In this document: positions 39,603-48,237 of the stretch, piece by piece
How positions within the stretch are numbered: position 1 is the first letter of the stretch
Layout of the letters: every line of letters starts with the position of its first letter
Assembly: GCA_020345745.1 (NCBI GenBank)
Contig: CP070768.1
Coordinates: forward strand, 2,494,672-2,550,912
DNA length: 56,241 nt
Reading direction: 5' to 3'
Source: Desulfobacterales bacterium
Lineage (GTDB): Bacteria > Desulfobacterota > Desulfobacteria > Desulfobacterales > UBA11574
Translations under genes and position numbers: made by a program
Notes under the pieces: generated by a model
What the model saw: the letters and a program-made list of their open reading frames with translations, nothing else
Database searches by the model: none
Told to the model about the DNA's origin: nothing

Positions 39603-40124
39603 ATGATATTTGAATTTAATGGGATTTCACCCAAAATTGGAAAAAATGTCTATATTGCGAAAACCGCAACCGTTATCGGCGATGTCAAGATCAAAGACGG
39701 CGCAAGCATTTGGTATGGTACTGTTTTAAGGGGAGATATGGCCCCTATTACAGTTGGTGAAGGTACCAACATCCAGGATAATTGCACCGTGCATACCGAT
39801 TATGACAAGCCCGCGATTATTGGAAACAATGTCACCATCGGGCATAATGCAGTAGTGCACGGTTGTATAATTGAAAACAACTGCCTTATCGGCATCAATT
39901 CCGTTGTATTAAGCAACGCTCACGTTAAAACCGGTTCTGTCGTTGCAGCAGGTTCTGTTGTGAAATACGGCCAAATCGTTGGCCCGTATCATCTAGTCGC
40001 CGGCATCCCGGCGCTAAGGAAGAAAACACTGTCAGAGCATTCTCTCGCAAAACGGAAACAAACCGCAGCGCATTATGTTCAGCTCGCCGCAGCGCACAAA
40101 AAAATGAAAAAAGCCGACGCCTAG
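39603..40124 (+). CDS. Gamma-carbonic-anhydrase-like hexapeptide-repeat protein (YrdA/PaaY family)
   Basis: Start trimmed to the ATG at 39603 (MIFEFNGISPKIG). Contains IGDVKIKDGASIWYGTVLRGD, NIQDNCTVHTD and TIGHNAVVHGC. Confidence 0.85.
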   Translation: MIFEFNGISPKIGKNVYIAKTATVIGDVKIKDGASIWYGTVLRGDMAPITVGEGTNIQDNCTVHTDYDKPAIIGNNVTIGHNAVVHGCIIENNCLIGINSVVLSNAHVKTGSVVAAGSVVKYGQIVGPYHLVAGIPALRKKTLSEHSLAKRKQTAAHYVQLAAAHKKMKKADA

Positions 40125-40136
40125 ACCGGCTTTTTT
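40107..40136. terminator. Possible bidirectional intrinsic terminator between convergent genes
   Basis: aaaaaagccg - 10-nt loop - cggctttttt. The A/T-flanked stem has only 4 GC pairs. Confidence 0.35.
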
Positions 40137-40195
40137 ATGCAAAGAAAACCATCGAGTTATCTAAAGTTTCGGGTGTTTGCGGGAAAAATGTTTAT

Positions 40196-40606
40196 TTAAA
40201 GCTCGTACTCGCCATCCATGTCGAGAATGAATTCATTCGGGAAGTCTCCCCTAGTGACCTTGAACTTGCCCTCGCCTTTGATGTCCGCCAGCTTGCCGGT
40301 TCCTCTATAGGTTTTCCAGGTGCCTGTCGTGAGCTTGCTTTCTGCGTCACGCTCTCCCTCAAAACGGCTGTAAACCGAACCATACTGAAAGTTCGTCACC
40401 GCATACCCCTGCATGGGACCGCTTCCGCCAATTCGGTCATGAAAGTTGACGCTTCGGCGGGAAACAAATTCACCAGCTACCCCCACTTCATAGTGAAGCG
40501 GTGTGCCCTCCATTTCGACCAACATTAATTGGTGGTCGAACTCATCGTGAACATGAAGGGATTCCCTTCGGGTAATGCGAAGTTTATAGGTCGCTTTCCG
40601 TATCAT
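40196..40606 (-). CDS. Hypothetical protein (136 aa, beta-rich)
   Basis: AAGGAG SD 6 nt upstream of the ATG at 40606. No family recognised with confidence. Confidence 0.55.
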   Translation of the reverse strand: MIRKATYKLRITRRESLHVHDEFDHQLMLVEMEGTPLHYEVGVAGEFVSRRSVNFHDRIGGSGPMQGYAVTNFQYGSVYSRFEGERDAESKLTTGTWKTYRGTGKLADIKGEGKFKVTRGDFPNEFILDMDGEYEL

Positions 40607-40625
40607 AACCTGCTCCTTTCGATTT

Positions 40626-40657
40626 GGATAAAACTAAACATTTATCAAAGGTCTCTC
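40626..40657. repeat. Solo Rep-A end fragment
   Basis: ggataaaactaaacatttatcaaaggtctctc matches the right end of the copy at 9788-9820. Confidence 0.55.
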
Positions 40658-40833
40658 TTAATGTAGAGAACCGGATATTAAACACAAAAAAAACCTTATC
40701 CGGCCCCTTTTTGGTTGTCAACCTCAAATTGGTGCCATAAGCGGTATTTTTAAAACAATCGCTGCAACAATGTCCGATCATACATTGCCTATAAATCGCC
40801 GGGCAAATATGGTTGGCACCCTATATGAACATA

Positions 40834-42711
40834 TTAATAACTGCCCAGTATTTTCAGATAGTCGGTTTTCTCGTCAAGCAAATCGAGCACGGGCTTAAAC
40901 GCGTCTGATTCTGCATCTGCTTCAACGTCGACATAAAACATATACTCCCAGGGCTTTCCGTGGATGGGTCGGGATTCTAGCTTTACTAAATTAATATGGT
41001 TGTCAGCATATATTTTCAAAACTTCATAAAGAGCGCCGGGTTGGTTGCCGGTGGAAAAGATGAGAGACGATTTTCTTCGGGGTCTTTTTTCAAGCTGTTC
41101 TTTGCCGATAACCACAAAGCGAGTATAGTTTCTGGGATTGGTTTCGATCCCTTCTTCAATAACCGCCATCGAGTGAATTTCAGCTGCCTCTTTGCTGGAA
41201 ATGGCAGCGTCAGTCACGTTTCTCCTGTCGCTTATTTCTTTAGCAGCAGCTGAAGTGTCATTAACCGGAACCAGCTTCCAATCTGAATGACGCTCCAAAA
41301 ATTGACGGCATTGCTGAAAAATAAGCGGCGGTGATAAAACCCGTTTGATCGTATCGATCCGTGCATCCGGGTGACCGATAAGGTAATGCATGACACGAAT
41401 AGTGATCTCGCCGATGATTCTTAGATCATATTCGAGAAGAAAGTCATAGTTTTCATGGATACTTCCGGTAAGGGAATTTTCCAACGGCACAACACCGAAA
41501 TCGACCTCACCCCGCTTTACGGCTTCGAAGATCGCTCTAAACGAAGGTGCCGGGATGGCTTCTACTTGTGCGCCAAAATATTGTAAGCAGGCTTTATGGC
41601 TGAACGTACCCATTTCACCCAAGAATGCAGCTCTTTGTAATCCGGTTCCGTTAACTTTTGCCAAATAATCGACAGCGGAAGCTTTGTCCAGATAATCAAA
41701 ATCGAGCTGTTTACCGATCACCGGTGCGATGACATAAATATCTCGCATGAGTTGTCCGAACTGTTTTGGATAAAGGCTCTGGGGACCATCAGACAGGGCA
41801 TGATCCGGATCGTGATGTACTTCAATCATCAATCCGTCTGCTCCGGCAGCAATGGCAGCCCGGGCCATGGGACTCACCTTTTCACGGATTCCGGTGGCAT
41901 GGCTGGGATCGATAATTACCGGCAAGTGCGTCAAAGTCTTGAGAACGGGAATTGCAGACAGATCAAGTGTGTTTCGTGTGTAGGGTTCGAAAGTTCGAAT
42001 CCCTCGTTCACACAATATAACGTTGTCATTGCCCTCTGAAAGAATATACTCGGCTGACATCAGCCACTCTTCTATAGTGGATGAAAGCCCTCTTTTTAAA
42101 ATAACCGGTTTGCCAATGCGACCGACACATTTCAAAAGTTCAAAATTTTGCATGTTGCGGGCGCCCACCTGCACAACATCCACATATTTCATCATCATAT
42201 CGGCTTGCGCCGGGGATGTGATCTCGGTCACAACACCCATCCCGGTGACCTCTCCGACTTCGGATAGAATCTTAAGCCCTTCCTCTTGCATGCCCTGAAA
42301 AGAATAAGGGGACGTTCTCGGCTTGAATGCTCCCCCTCGAAACAGTATGGCGCCGTATTTTCTGACTTCATTGGCAATCGTCAATGCCTGTTCCCTGCTC
42401 TCAACAGCACAGGGACCCGCGACAACCGTAATGCGTTCGCCACCTACAACAGCATCCCGAACCTGAACGCGCGTGTCCTCCGGACTCAATTGTCGACTCA
42501 CAAGCTTAAAAGATGTGGAAATGGGAATCACCTTGGAGACACCGGCAAGCTGTTCAAAAAAATCGACAGCCAGACTCCCCTTGCCCACAGCGCCAATAAT
42601 GTGTTGACCCGCCTCGGACATCTCACGAACAATATATCCCTCTTTAAAGAGTATGCTCCGTATATTGCTCTTCTGATCCGGAGTGATTCCTTTTTCCAAC
42701 ACGAGAATCAT
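40834..42711 (-). CDS. Fusion protein: type I-beta DAH7P synthase with an N-terminal ferredoxin-like domain, plus prephenate dehydratase with an ACT domain
   Basis: 625 aa with an AAGGAGG SD. N-terminus [13 protein letters not shown]...[13 protein letters not shown] (Thermotoga-type regulatory domain). DAH7PS motifs [27 protein letters not shown] and IIDPSHA. Prephenate dehydratase motifs [11 protein letters not shown] and [11 protein letters not shown] domain [10 protein letters not shown]...NLVKLESRP. Confidence 0.88.
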   Translation of the reverse strand: MILVLEKGITPDQKSNIRSILFKEGYIVREMSEAGQHIIGAVGKGSLAVDFFEQLAGVSKVIPISTSFKLVSRQLSPEDTRVQVRDAVVGGERITVVAGPCAVESREQALTIANEVRKYGAILFRGGAFKPRTSPYSFQGMQEEGLKILSEVGEVTGMGVVTEITSPAQADMMMKYVDVVQVGARNMQNFELLKCVGRIGKPVILKRGLSSTIEEWLMSAEYILSEGNDNVILCERGIRTFEPYTRNTLDLSAIPVLKTLTHLPVIIDPSHATGIREKVSPMARAAIAAGADGLMIEVHHDPDHALSDGPQSLYPKQFGQLMRDIYVIAPVIGKQLDFDYLDKASAVDYLAKVNGTGLQRAAFLGEMGTFSHKACLQYFGAQVEAIPAPSFRAIFEAVKRGEVDFGVVPLENSLTGSIHENYDFLLEYDLRIIGEITIRVMHYLIGHPDARIDTIKRVLSPPLIFQQCRQFLERHSDWKLVPVNDTSAAAKEISDRRNVTDAAISSKEAAEIHSMAVIEEGIETNPRNYTRFVVIGKEQLEKRPRRKSSLIFSTGNQPGALYEVLKIYADNHINLVKLESRPIHGKPWEYMFYVDVEADAESDAFKPVLDLLDEKTDYLKILGSY

Positions 42712-42869
42712 AATAAACCTCCTTTTAATGAGTTACTCAATTTTCCCAGCCCAACGTTGAATGCGATCTACAGCAAAGTTCGGCTGGTAAAATTTTAAAG
42801 ACAAAATTAAAATAAAGCGTTTTTACACTTGCAACGGTGTATATGTATCAATTGAGATTTTATATTTAC

Positions 42870-42904
42870 AAAAAAAGCCCCGAGAATGGTTGTTTCCCGG
42901 GGCT
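42870..42904 (-). terminator. Intrinsic terminator of the Phe attenuator
   Basis: The minus-strand RNA reads AGCCCCG-ggaaacaaccauucu-CGGGGCU followed by six more U. It lies about 160 nt upstream of the DAH7PS-PDT start codon. Confidence 0.6.
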
Positions 42905-42965
42905 GAAAAAAAGAAACCCCGGACAGACCGGTTGAGGTCCATCCGGGGTTATTTAACGGTTTGTG

Positions 42966-43049
42966 TTAAACTACCGGATGGACGTTTCTAAAGCTAAAAA
43001 AGAAACGCCCGAAAACCTTTTTTACGTTAAATGTATGATCTTTCGCCAT
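42966..43049 (-). CDS. Phe-rich leader peptide (27 aa); not in the ORF track
   Basis: My translation is MAKDHTFNVKKVFGRFFFSFRNVHPVV. Five Phe fall within residues 13-20. AGGA lies 13 nt upstream of the ATG. Confidence 0.6.
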   Translation of the reverse strand: MAKDHTFNVKKVFGRFFFSFRNVHPVV

Positions 43050-43084
43050 GGTTATTATCTTTTCCTTTGAATCTTTAAGGTGTG

Positions 43085-43113
43085 ATAATAATCGACTCTT
43101 TGGAGCCTGTCAA
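43085..43113 (-). promoter_or_regulatory. Near-consensus sigma70 promoter driving the leader and the DAH7PS-PDT gene
   Basis: On the minus strand: TTGACA (43113-43108), a 17-nt spacer, then TATTAT (43090-43085). Confidence 0.55.
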
Positions 43114-43231
43114 GAGTTGTTTGAGAATTTAATCCAAACATTCGTTCCAGCTATCTTTCATATATTTATTGCGATTTGACAACGTTGTGATAAAAGATGG
43201 GCAATGTTAACCAAAATAAGAGGCACGCCAA

Positions 43232-44260
43232 ATGAAAATCCTTGAAATTTTTGGCAGCAACGGAGATTCAACCCTATTTGTAGGTGAGAGAATTCAACAT
43301 CTACAAAAATATATTCCGGGGAAAAAAGCGATTATAATAACGGATATCAATGTTAAACATTTCTATGAGAAGGAATTCCCCTCCTACGAGGTCATTACTA
43401 TCGGAACCGGTGAAGAGATCAAGACCCTGGATACGGCCCGGGCCATATATAAGAGGCTGGTGGAACTCGAGGCCGACCGTTCCACGTTTATCATCGGAAT
43501 CGGGGGTGGGATTGTTTGCGATATTGCCGGATTTGTTGCTTCAACCTATCTGCGCGGCGTGAAATTCGGATTTGTCTCCACCACGTTGCTGTCTCAAGTT
43601 GACGCAAGCGTTGGCGGTAAGAACGGGGTCAATTTCGAAGGGTATAAAAACATGGTGGGCGTTTTCAATCAACCGCAGTTTGTTATCTGCGACCCTTTCC
43701 TTTTGCATACCTTGCCCCAAAAAGAGATTCGATGCGGGTTGGCCGAAATCGTCAAACATGCCGCCATTGCTGATGCCAATCTATTTACCTTTCTTGAAGC
43801 ACATTACCAACAAGCTCAATCGCTAGATACCGATGTCATTGAAAAGCTGGTGTACGATTCAGTGGTTATCAAATCAGACATTGTCAATAGGGATGAAACA
43901 GAACAAGGGGAACGCCGCAAACTGAATTTCGGCCATACTTTCGGACACGCCATTGAAAAGACGACCGGAGTTTCTCATGGAGAGGCGATCAGTATCGGTA
44001 TGGTGATGGCTTCAGCGCTTTCCGTAAAAAAAGAGCACCTGCCGGTCCACGACGCCCAAAGGATCAAGCATTTACTCGAAAAGCTCGGACTCCCAACGAC
44101 ATTTGAGACCCATAGAAACAACATCATCGATGCAGTGCACAAGGATAAAAAACGTGAAGGGGATCGAATACATTTTGTTCTGCTCAACGGTTTAGGAAGC
44201 GCGTTTGTGGATAACATACCTATTAAGGAGCTAACGGCCGCTATTACTTATATGTCATAA
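43232..44260 (+). CDS. aroB: 3-dehydroquinate synthase
   Basis: 342 aa with GGGIVCDIAGFVASTYLRGV, GGKNGVN and NFGHTFGHAIE. Confidence 0.92.
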   Translation: MKILEIFGSNGDSTLFVGERIQHLQKYIPGKKAIIITDINVKHFYEKEFPSYEVITIGTGEEIKTLDTARAIYKRLVELEADRSTFIIGIGGGIVCDIAGFVASTYLRGVKFGFVSTTLLSQVDASVGGKNGVNFEGYKNMVGVFNQPQFVICDPFLLHTLPQKEIRCGLAEIVKHAAIADANLFTFLEAHYQQAQSLDTDVIEKLVYDSVVIKSDIVNRDETEQGERRKLNFGHTFGHAIEKTTGVSHGEAISIGMVMASALSVKKEHLPVHDAQRIKHLLEKLGLPTTFETHRNNIIDAVHKDKKREGDRIHFVLLNGLGSAFVDNIPIKELTAAITYMS

Positions 44261-44318
44261 CCAGAGAGCCCGTTTGCTCGTAATTATTGAGCGCTTATGA
44301 AAAAAATATAACAGGTTA

Positions 44319-44618
44319 ATGCCAATGCAATTGACAATAAAAGTGATTGAAATCAAGGGGAAATGCCCGGTCTATGACATCGGCAACAAAATCGTTCTAA
44401 AACAGGGATATATTTTGGACACGAAAGAGACAGACGTGGTCTGCATGCACTCCATTTCGTCGATTATGCCCTTTTATGTCGCTTTGTCAAAAGGGGTTAA
44501 GGCCAAAGAGATCGGTCTTGCCAAAGGGGATTCCAACGAAGCATACGTTCAATGTGCGGACCCCTGTGATCTAACCAACGGCGGAACGGTAAGATTTGAG
44601 ATTTGTCGTGTGGACTGA
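44319..44618 (+). CDS. Small Cys-containing protein, TIGR04076-like (from memory of the family pattern)
   Basis: 99 aa with KGKCPVYDIG...VCMHSISSIMPF...VQCADPCD...GTVRFEI. Confidence 0.5.
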   Translation: MPMQLTIKVIEIKGKCPVYDIGNKIVLKQGYILDTKETDVVCMHSISSIMPFYVALSKGVKAKEIGLAKGDSNEAYVQCADPCDLTNGGTVRFEICRVD

Positions 44619-44628
44619 AATATTCGCG

Positions 44629-47600
44629 TTAAGGCTTGCGATCCATGTCTTGTCTTAACTTTTTGATTCGCTCCACGGCAAATTCATATTCAATCCTTTC
44701 ATCCATATACGATCCCAGGGCTTCCTTATAATGTCTGGTGGCCTTCTGTTTATCACCGGAACCTTCAGCCCAAAATCCTAAAGCAGCATGTGCGGTAATA
44801 ATATATTCGGGACTTTCACCTGCCTTTTTTAGCAAGGACGCTTCTGTTCGTTCAGCCAAGAGAACTTCGCTGATCATCCGGTACCAAGAATCTTTCGTCC
44901 CTTGTTTGTACCTCTTGAGAATGGTCTTTGCTTGCTCTTTTTGTCCCATTCTGTAAAGGATCTCTGGTTCTAAAATCCCAACAGTTAAACGACCTGCGTT
45001 TTCTCGACCCTCTATCTCGAGATAGTTCTTGGCATATTCAAGCGCCCGGTGCCAAGATTCTGCTATGGCACTATAATATATCAGTCGGATAAGGACTTCC
45101 CCGTTGGTTTTGTCGTGATCATATATTTTTTTCAAAACAGACTGTTTGTCATGGATACTCAAGGTGTCTTGTTTGAGCTTTGCCATGATCGTCTCAAGCT
45201 CAATCCGACGGTCTGCCTTGGCCAAAAGACCGTTTTGTAAAGCGACTGCAAAGCCCTCTGTCTCAGCCTGATATTTGGTCTTCGCAACGTCATCTAGCAA
45301 GGATGATATTTTTTGCTGCTGCACCTGGCCCAGTTTCGCAAGGGCCATGAAAAATACCCAGTCATTGCTGTCAACACTCTGAACGGCTTTTTTCAGTAAA
45401 TTTTCTGCATGTTCCAGATCTCCTTGTTTTGTCAGGACCAGCCCGGCAATATAATAAAGCCAACCCTTTTCAGAATTAGAATAGCCGCCCTTGACAGCCG
45501 TTTTCATGTCGACAAGTCCTTCCAAAATCCTTACCAGATAACCGAAAAACTCGGAAGGAGATCGCCAATCCAAGGCCAATAATTGCCGGCCATGGGAACT
45601 TTCGGTCGAGCTGCCTGCCTGCCAGTCGATCACATAAAGCATGAGCCTGGCAAGGTCATTCTCCGAATCCATCGATAACGCATTAACAAACAGGGCTCTA
45701 GCTCCGGAGTAGTCCTTGGCACAGAAGTGCATCATCCCCGCCGCGATGACCAATGTCGGATCAAAGCTCAATTTCAATTCTTTATCGGCCAATGATTGGG
45801 CATCAACCCATCGCTGGCGGCTGGCTATCTCCGCGATCTGTTTCAGCTTGGTTGCAATCGATAAATCAAGGAATCCGTTCCATTTGACTTGTCCGGCTTT
45901 CAAATCATGCAAGAAACCAGCTGCCTGGGAAATGGGTAGTACCATACCTAAATCAGAGAGGAGCGTGGCTACCGGTATGGGTGCGGTCGCCCAGTCCACT
46001 GCCACGCTAGAGGCGATACCGATGACGTTGCCGTGAATATCGATGATCGGCCCGCCACTGTTACCCTTGTAGATAGAGGTATCGACTTGGATCATATTTT
46101 TAAACGTGCGACGAACGTGCCCCCTCGTCACGCTGACGTTCACCGTAGCTGCCTGGGTTTGCCTGCCAAGCGGAAACCCCAGAGCAATCACCGGAGAAAG
46201 TCGAGGAATTTCCATTGTTGTCAAGTTAATGGCTAAAGGAAGAGGTTTGAGTTCAATCGGAACTTGATCGATTTTAAGGACCGCAAAGTCATCTTTCAGC
46301 GGTGATTTAACCCGTTGCCAAGTCTTTATAGGTGGTCTGGCTACACCGGCGATGGTCAAGCGAGGCATGCCGTCGGTCCTAAAGGCGGCATTAATGTAAT
46401 AGATGTCGTCCAAATCTGTACTACCTGATAACCCTGGTAAGCGTTTGAAGGCTTTTTCACCATCAAACCATAAAAACGCCCGATAGCCCAAGCGAGGTGA
46501 CCGCTGCAACATCTTGAGTCTTCCGATGAGCGCATACAGCTTGGTATCTTCCAACCAGGGACAGGCGACATGGCGGTTGGTTAACAGGTAGCCCTCTGCA
46601 TCCACAAGAAACGCCGTTCCTTCGGTCCTATTGCGGTAAACCATGGTTTCACCATCATTTAGCCAATAGTCAACCAGGACAAATGCCACGGCTCCGGCAT
46701 ATTGATTGGCGTATTCGCCGAGAACGGTTTCACTGTCCCTTTTACTATAAGCGTAATAGATCCATGCCAGGCCTCCAAGAAGAATCAGAACAGCCAAAAT
46801 GACCACCAAAAAGCGCAAGCTTTTCTTGATCCCTCTGATTTCCTGTACCGGCGTCGAAACGGCATCCAGGTGGTCCAGCCTGTCCGGCTCAAACGCTTCG
46901 ATGTCGATCCCGGCCAGCGTTTTGGCAACGTTGGCCATGGTCCGAGGTCGTAGATCCGGATCTTCAGCCAGCATGATTTTAAGCAAAATTTCCATTTCCG
47001 AAGGAAGGCTTAACTGACCTATTTTGTCTTGAAAGTCTCTCACTTCGTGATCGGCGGTGAGCAGTTCCACGAAAATTTTCCCTAACGACCAGATATCGCT
47101 TCTAATATCCAGCGGCCTGTTGTTGACAATATCGGGGTGACAGGAAAGGAGTTTTTTCAACATGGGCCCGGGTTGGTCCATTTTCGGGTCGAGGAAGCGA
47201 GACAGCTTGTAATCAATTTTAACATCCAGTTCACCATCTTCTCTTTTGAAAATAATAACATCATCTAAAATGAGATGCGGGATAAAATGCCCGATTTGAT
47301 GGAGACCTTCAAGAATTGAGGCGATCCTGGAAAAAAGGTTGAAGGCGGCACGATAGTCTTGGAAAATGCCGGAAGCCAACAAGGCTCCCCAGCTCTCAGC
47401 ATCAATCCATTCGCTTACCCGATACCATAACCCGTCCTGGGATCTCCTGATCTCAAGATGCCTGACGAAGTAATCCTCGGGAAGCTGCTTGAGTTGTTCC
47501 AGTTCCTGTTTGAGGCGATCGGCTATGCTGTTGTCCACTCCGGACCGGGGAGTGAATATGCGAATCATAACCGACCCCTCCATATCATTTTTGACCGCGC

Positions 47601-47751
47601 GGCATAGGATGCTGGAGTATCCTTCGTGGATGATTTCAACGATTTGATAGTCGTCGATGAATTTCCTTCCTTCACCAATTTCGCTACCGCATGAGGGACA
47701 GGCTATAATCTCTTCCGCCACCAACTGTCCACATGTTTGGCACAACTTCAT
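44629..47751 (-). CDS. Membrane protein: zinc ribbon, degenerate Ser/Thr-kinase-like domain, TM helix, trypsin-like serine protease, TPR-like repeats
   Basis: 1040 aa. Zinc ribbon CQTCG..CPSCG at aa 4-21. Kinase subdomains DIWSLGKIFVELLT and DPDLRPR are present, but the HRD, VAIK and DFG equivalents read IPH, MIR and DYK. TM helix at aa 312-335. Protease triad motifs LLTNRHVA, DDFAVLKI and GNSGGPIID. The helical repeat tail runs from about aa 640 to 1040. Confidence 0.8.
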   Translation of the reverse strand: MKLCQTCGQLVAEEIIACPSCGSEIGEGRKFIDDYQIVEIIHEGYSSILCRAVKNDMEGSVMIRIFTPRSGVDNSIADRLKQELEQLKQLPEDYFVRHLEIRRSQDGLWYRVSEWIDAESWGALLASGIFQDYRAAFNLFSRIASILEGLHQIGHFIPHLILDDVIIFKREDGELDVKIDYKLSRFLDPKMDQPGPMLKKLLSCHPDIVNNRPLDIRSDIWSLGKIFVELLTADHEVRDFQDKIGQLSLPSEMEILLKIMLAEDPDLRPRTMANVAKTLAGIDIEAFEPDRLDHLDAVSTPVQEIRGIKKSLRFLVVILAVLILLGGLAWIYYAYSKRDSETVLGEYANQYAGAVAFVLVDYWLNDGETMVYRNRTEGTAFLVDAEGYLLTNRHVACPWLEDTKLYALIGRLKMLQRSPRLGYRAFLWFDGEKAFKRLPGLSGSTDLDDIYYINAAFRTDGMPRLTIAGVARPPIKTWQRVKSPLKDDFAVLKIDQVPIELKPLPLAINLTTMEIPRLSPVIALGFPLGRQTQAATVNVSVTRGHVRRTFKNMIQVDTSIYKGNSGGPIIDIHGNVIGIASSVAVDWATAPIPVATLLSDLGMVLPISQAAGFLHDLKAGQVKWNGFLDLSIATKLKQIAEIASRQRWVDAQSLADKELKLSFDPTLVIAAGMMHFCAKDYSGARALFVNALSMDSENDLARLMLYVIDWQAGSSTESSHGRQLLALDWRSPSEFFGYLVRILEGLVDMKTAVKGGYSNSEKGWLYYIAGLVLTKQGDLEHAENLLKKAVQSVDSNDWVFFMALAKLGQVQQQKISSLLDDVAKTKYQAETEGFAVALQNGLLAKADRRIELETIMAKLKQDTLSIHDKQSVLKKIYDHDKTNGEVLIRLIYYSAIAESWHRALEYAKNYLEIEGRENAGRLTVGILEPEILYRMGQKEQAKTILKRYKQGTKDSWYRMISEVLLAERTEASLLKKAGESPEYIITAHAALGFWAEGSGDKQKATRHYKEALGSYMDERIEYEFAVERIKKLRQDMDRKP

Positions 47752-47793
47752 AGACTCATCTCAAACTTACAATATTCTCTTTTTTTTCAATAA

Positions 47794-47822
47794 AATATAG
47801 AGGTTCGTGTAAATGGTGTCAA
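47794..47822 (-). promoter_or_regulatory. Near-consensus sigma70 promoter for the 1040-aa gene
   Basis: On the minus strand: TTGACA (47822-47817), a 17-nt spacer, then TATATT (47799-47794). Confidence 0.55.
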
Positions 47823-47983
47823 GGAGTAAATCGGCGCAATAAGACGTTAAGCAATGCGACGAATAAAATAAGCGTGACAGGATCTCCAAAACTTTACAGA
47901 AGGCCTCTGATGTGGCATAGTAAACAGTCTCTAGTATGTTGGGTTGTAACTTCTCAACCAACACGGGCTGATCTCCCAGGCAT

Positions 47984-48168
47984 GGGCTTCAGGTTTTTTC
48001 TTCCAGTCGATATCAATCTCGTCTTAGCCCCGCGACCCAATATTTTATGATTTCAGCTTTTTTTTAGGTAAACCCTAAGCCGTTGATAAGGAACTCATAA
48101 TATTGGGTCGCCGGGTGATGACGAAGCAAAGGCAAAAGATATCTTTTTTCATAAAAAACCTGAAGCCC
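47984..48168. repeat. Rep-B MITE-like element, 185 bp, copy 2 (inverted relative to copy 1)
   Basis: Perfect 16-bp TIRs gggcttcaggtttttt / aaaaaacctgaagccc. Internal hairpin gcgacccaatatt(t)tatga (48032-48050) / tcataatattgggtcgc (48095-48111). Shares cttccagtcgatatcaat and aaaagatatctttt blocks with 17384-17568. Confidence 0.85.
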
Positions 48169-48237
48169 TCTTGTCCATAGTTTTTGAGAAGTTGCGTTGT
48201 GTCTGTTATGAAACCTAAAAAGCAAACGTGAACAAAG

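Noticed and set aside
41993-42003. GTTCGAATCCC, a tRNA T-arm-like string.
   Set aside because: It lies inside the DAH7PS coding region, with no acceptor, D or anticodon stems around it. I found no tRNA cloverleaf anywhere in the intergenic regions.
43176-43181. TTGACA box upstream of aroB as a promoter.
   Set aside because: No acceptable -10 hexamer lies 16-18 nt downstream (GGGCAA/TGGGCA), so it is left unannotated.
47767-47964. 65-aa minus-strand ORF upstream of the 1040-aa gene.
   Set aside because: It has a GTG start and no SD. It overlaps the strong promoter of the downstream gene, and its composition is not protein-like.
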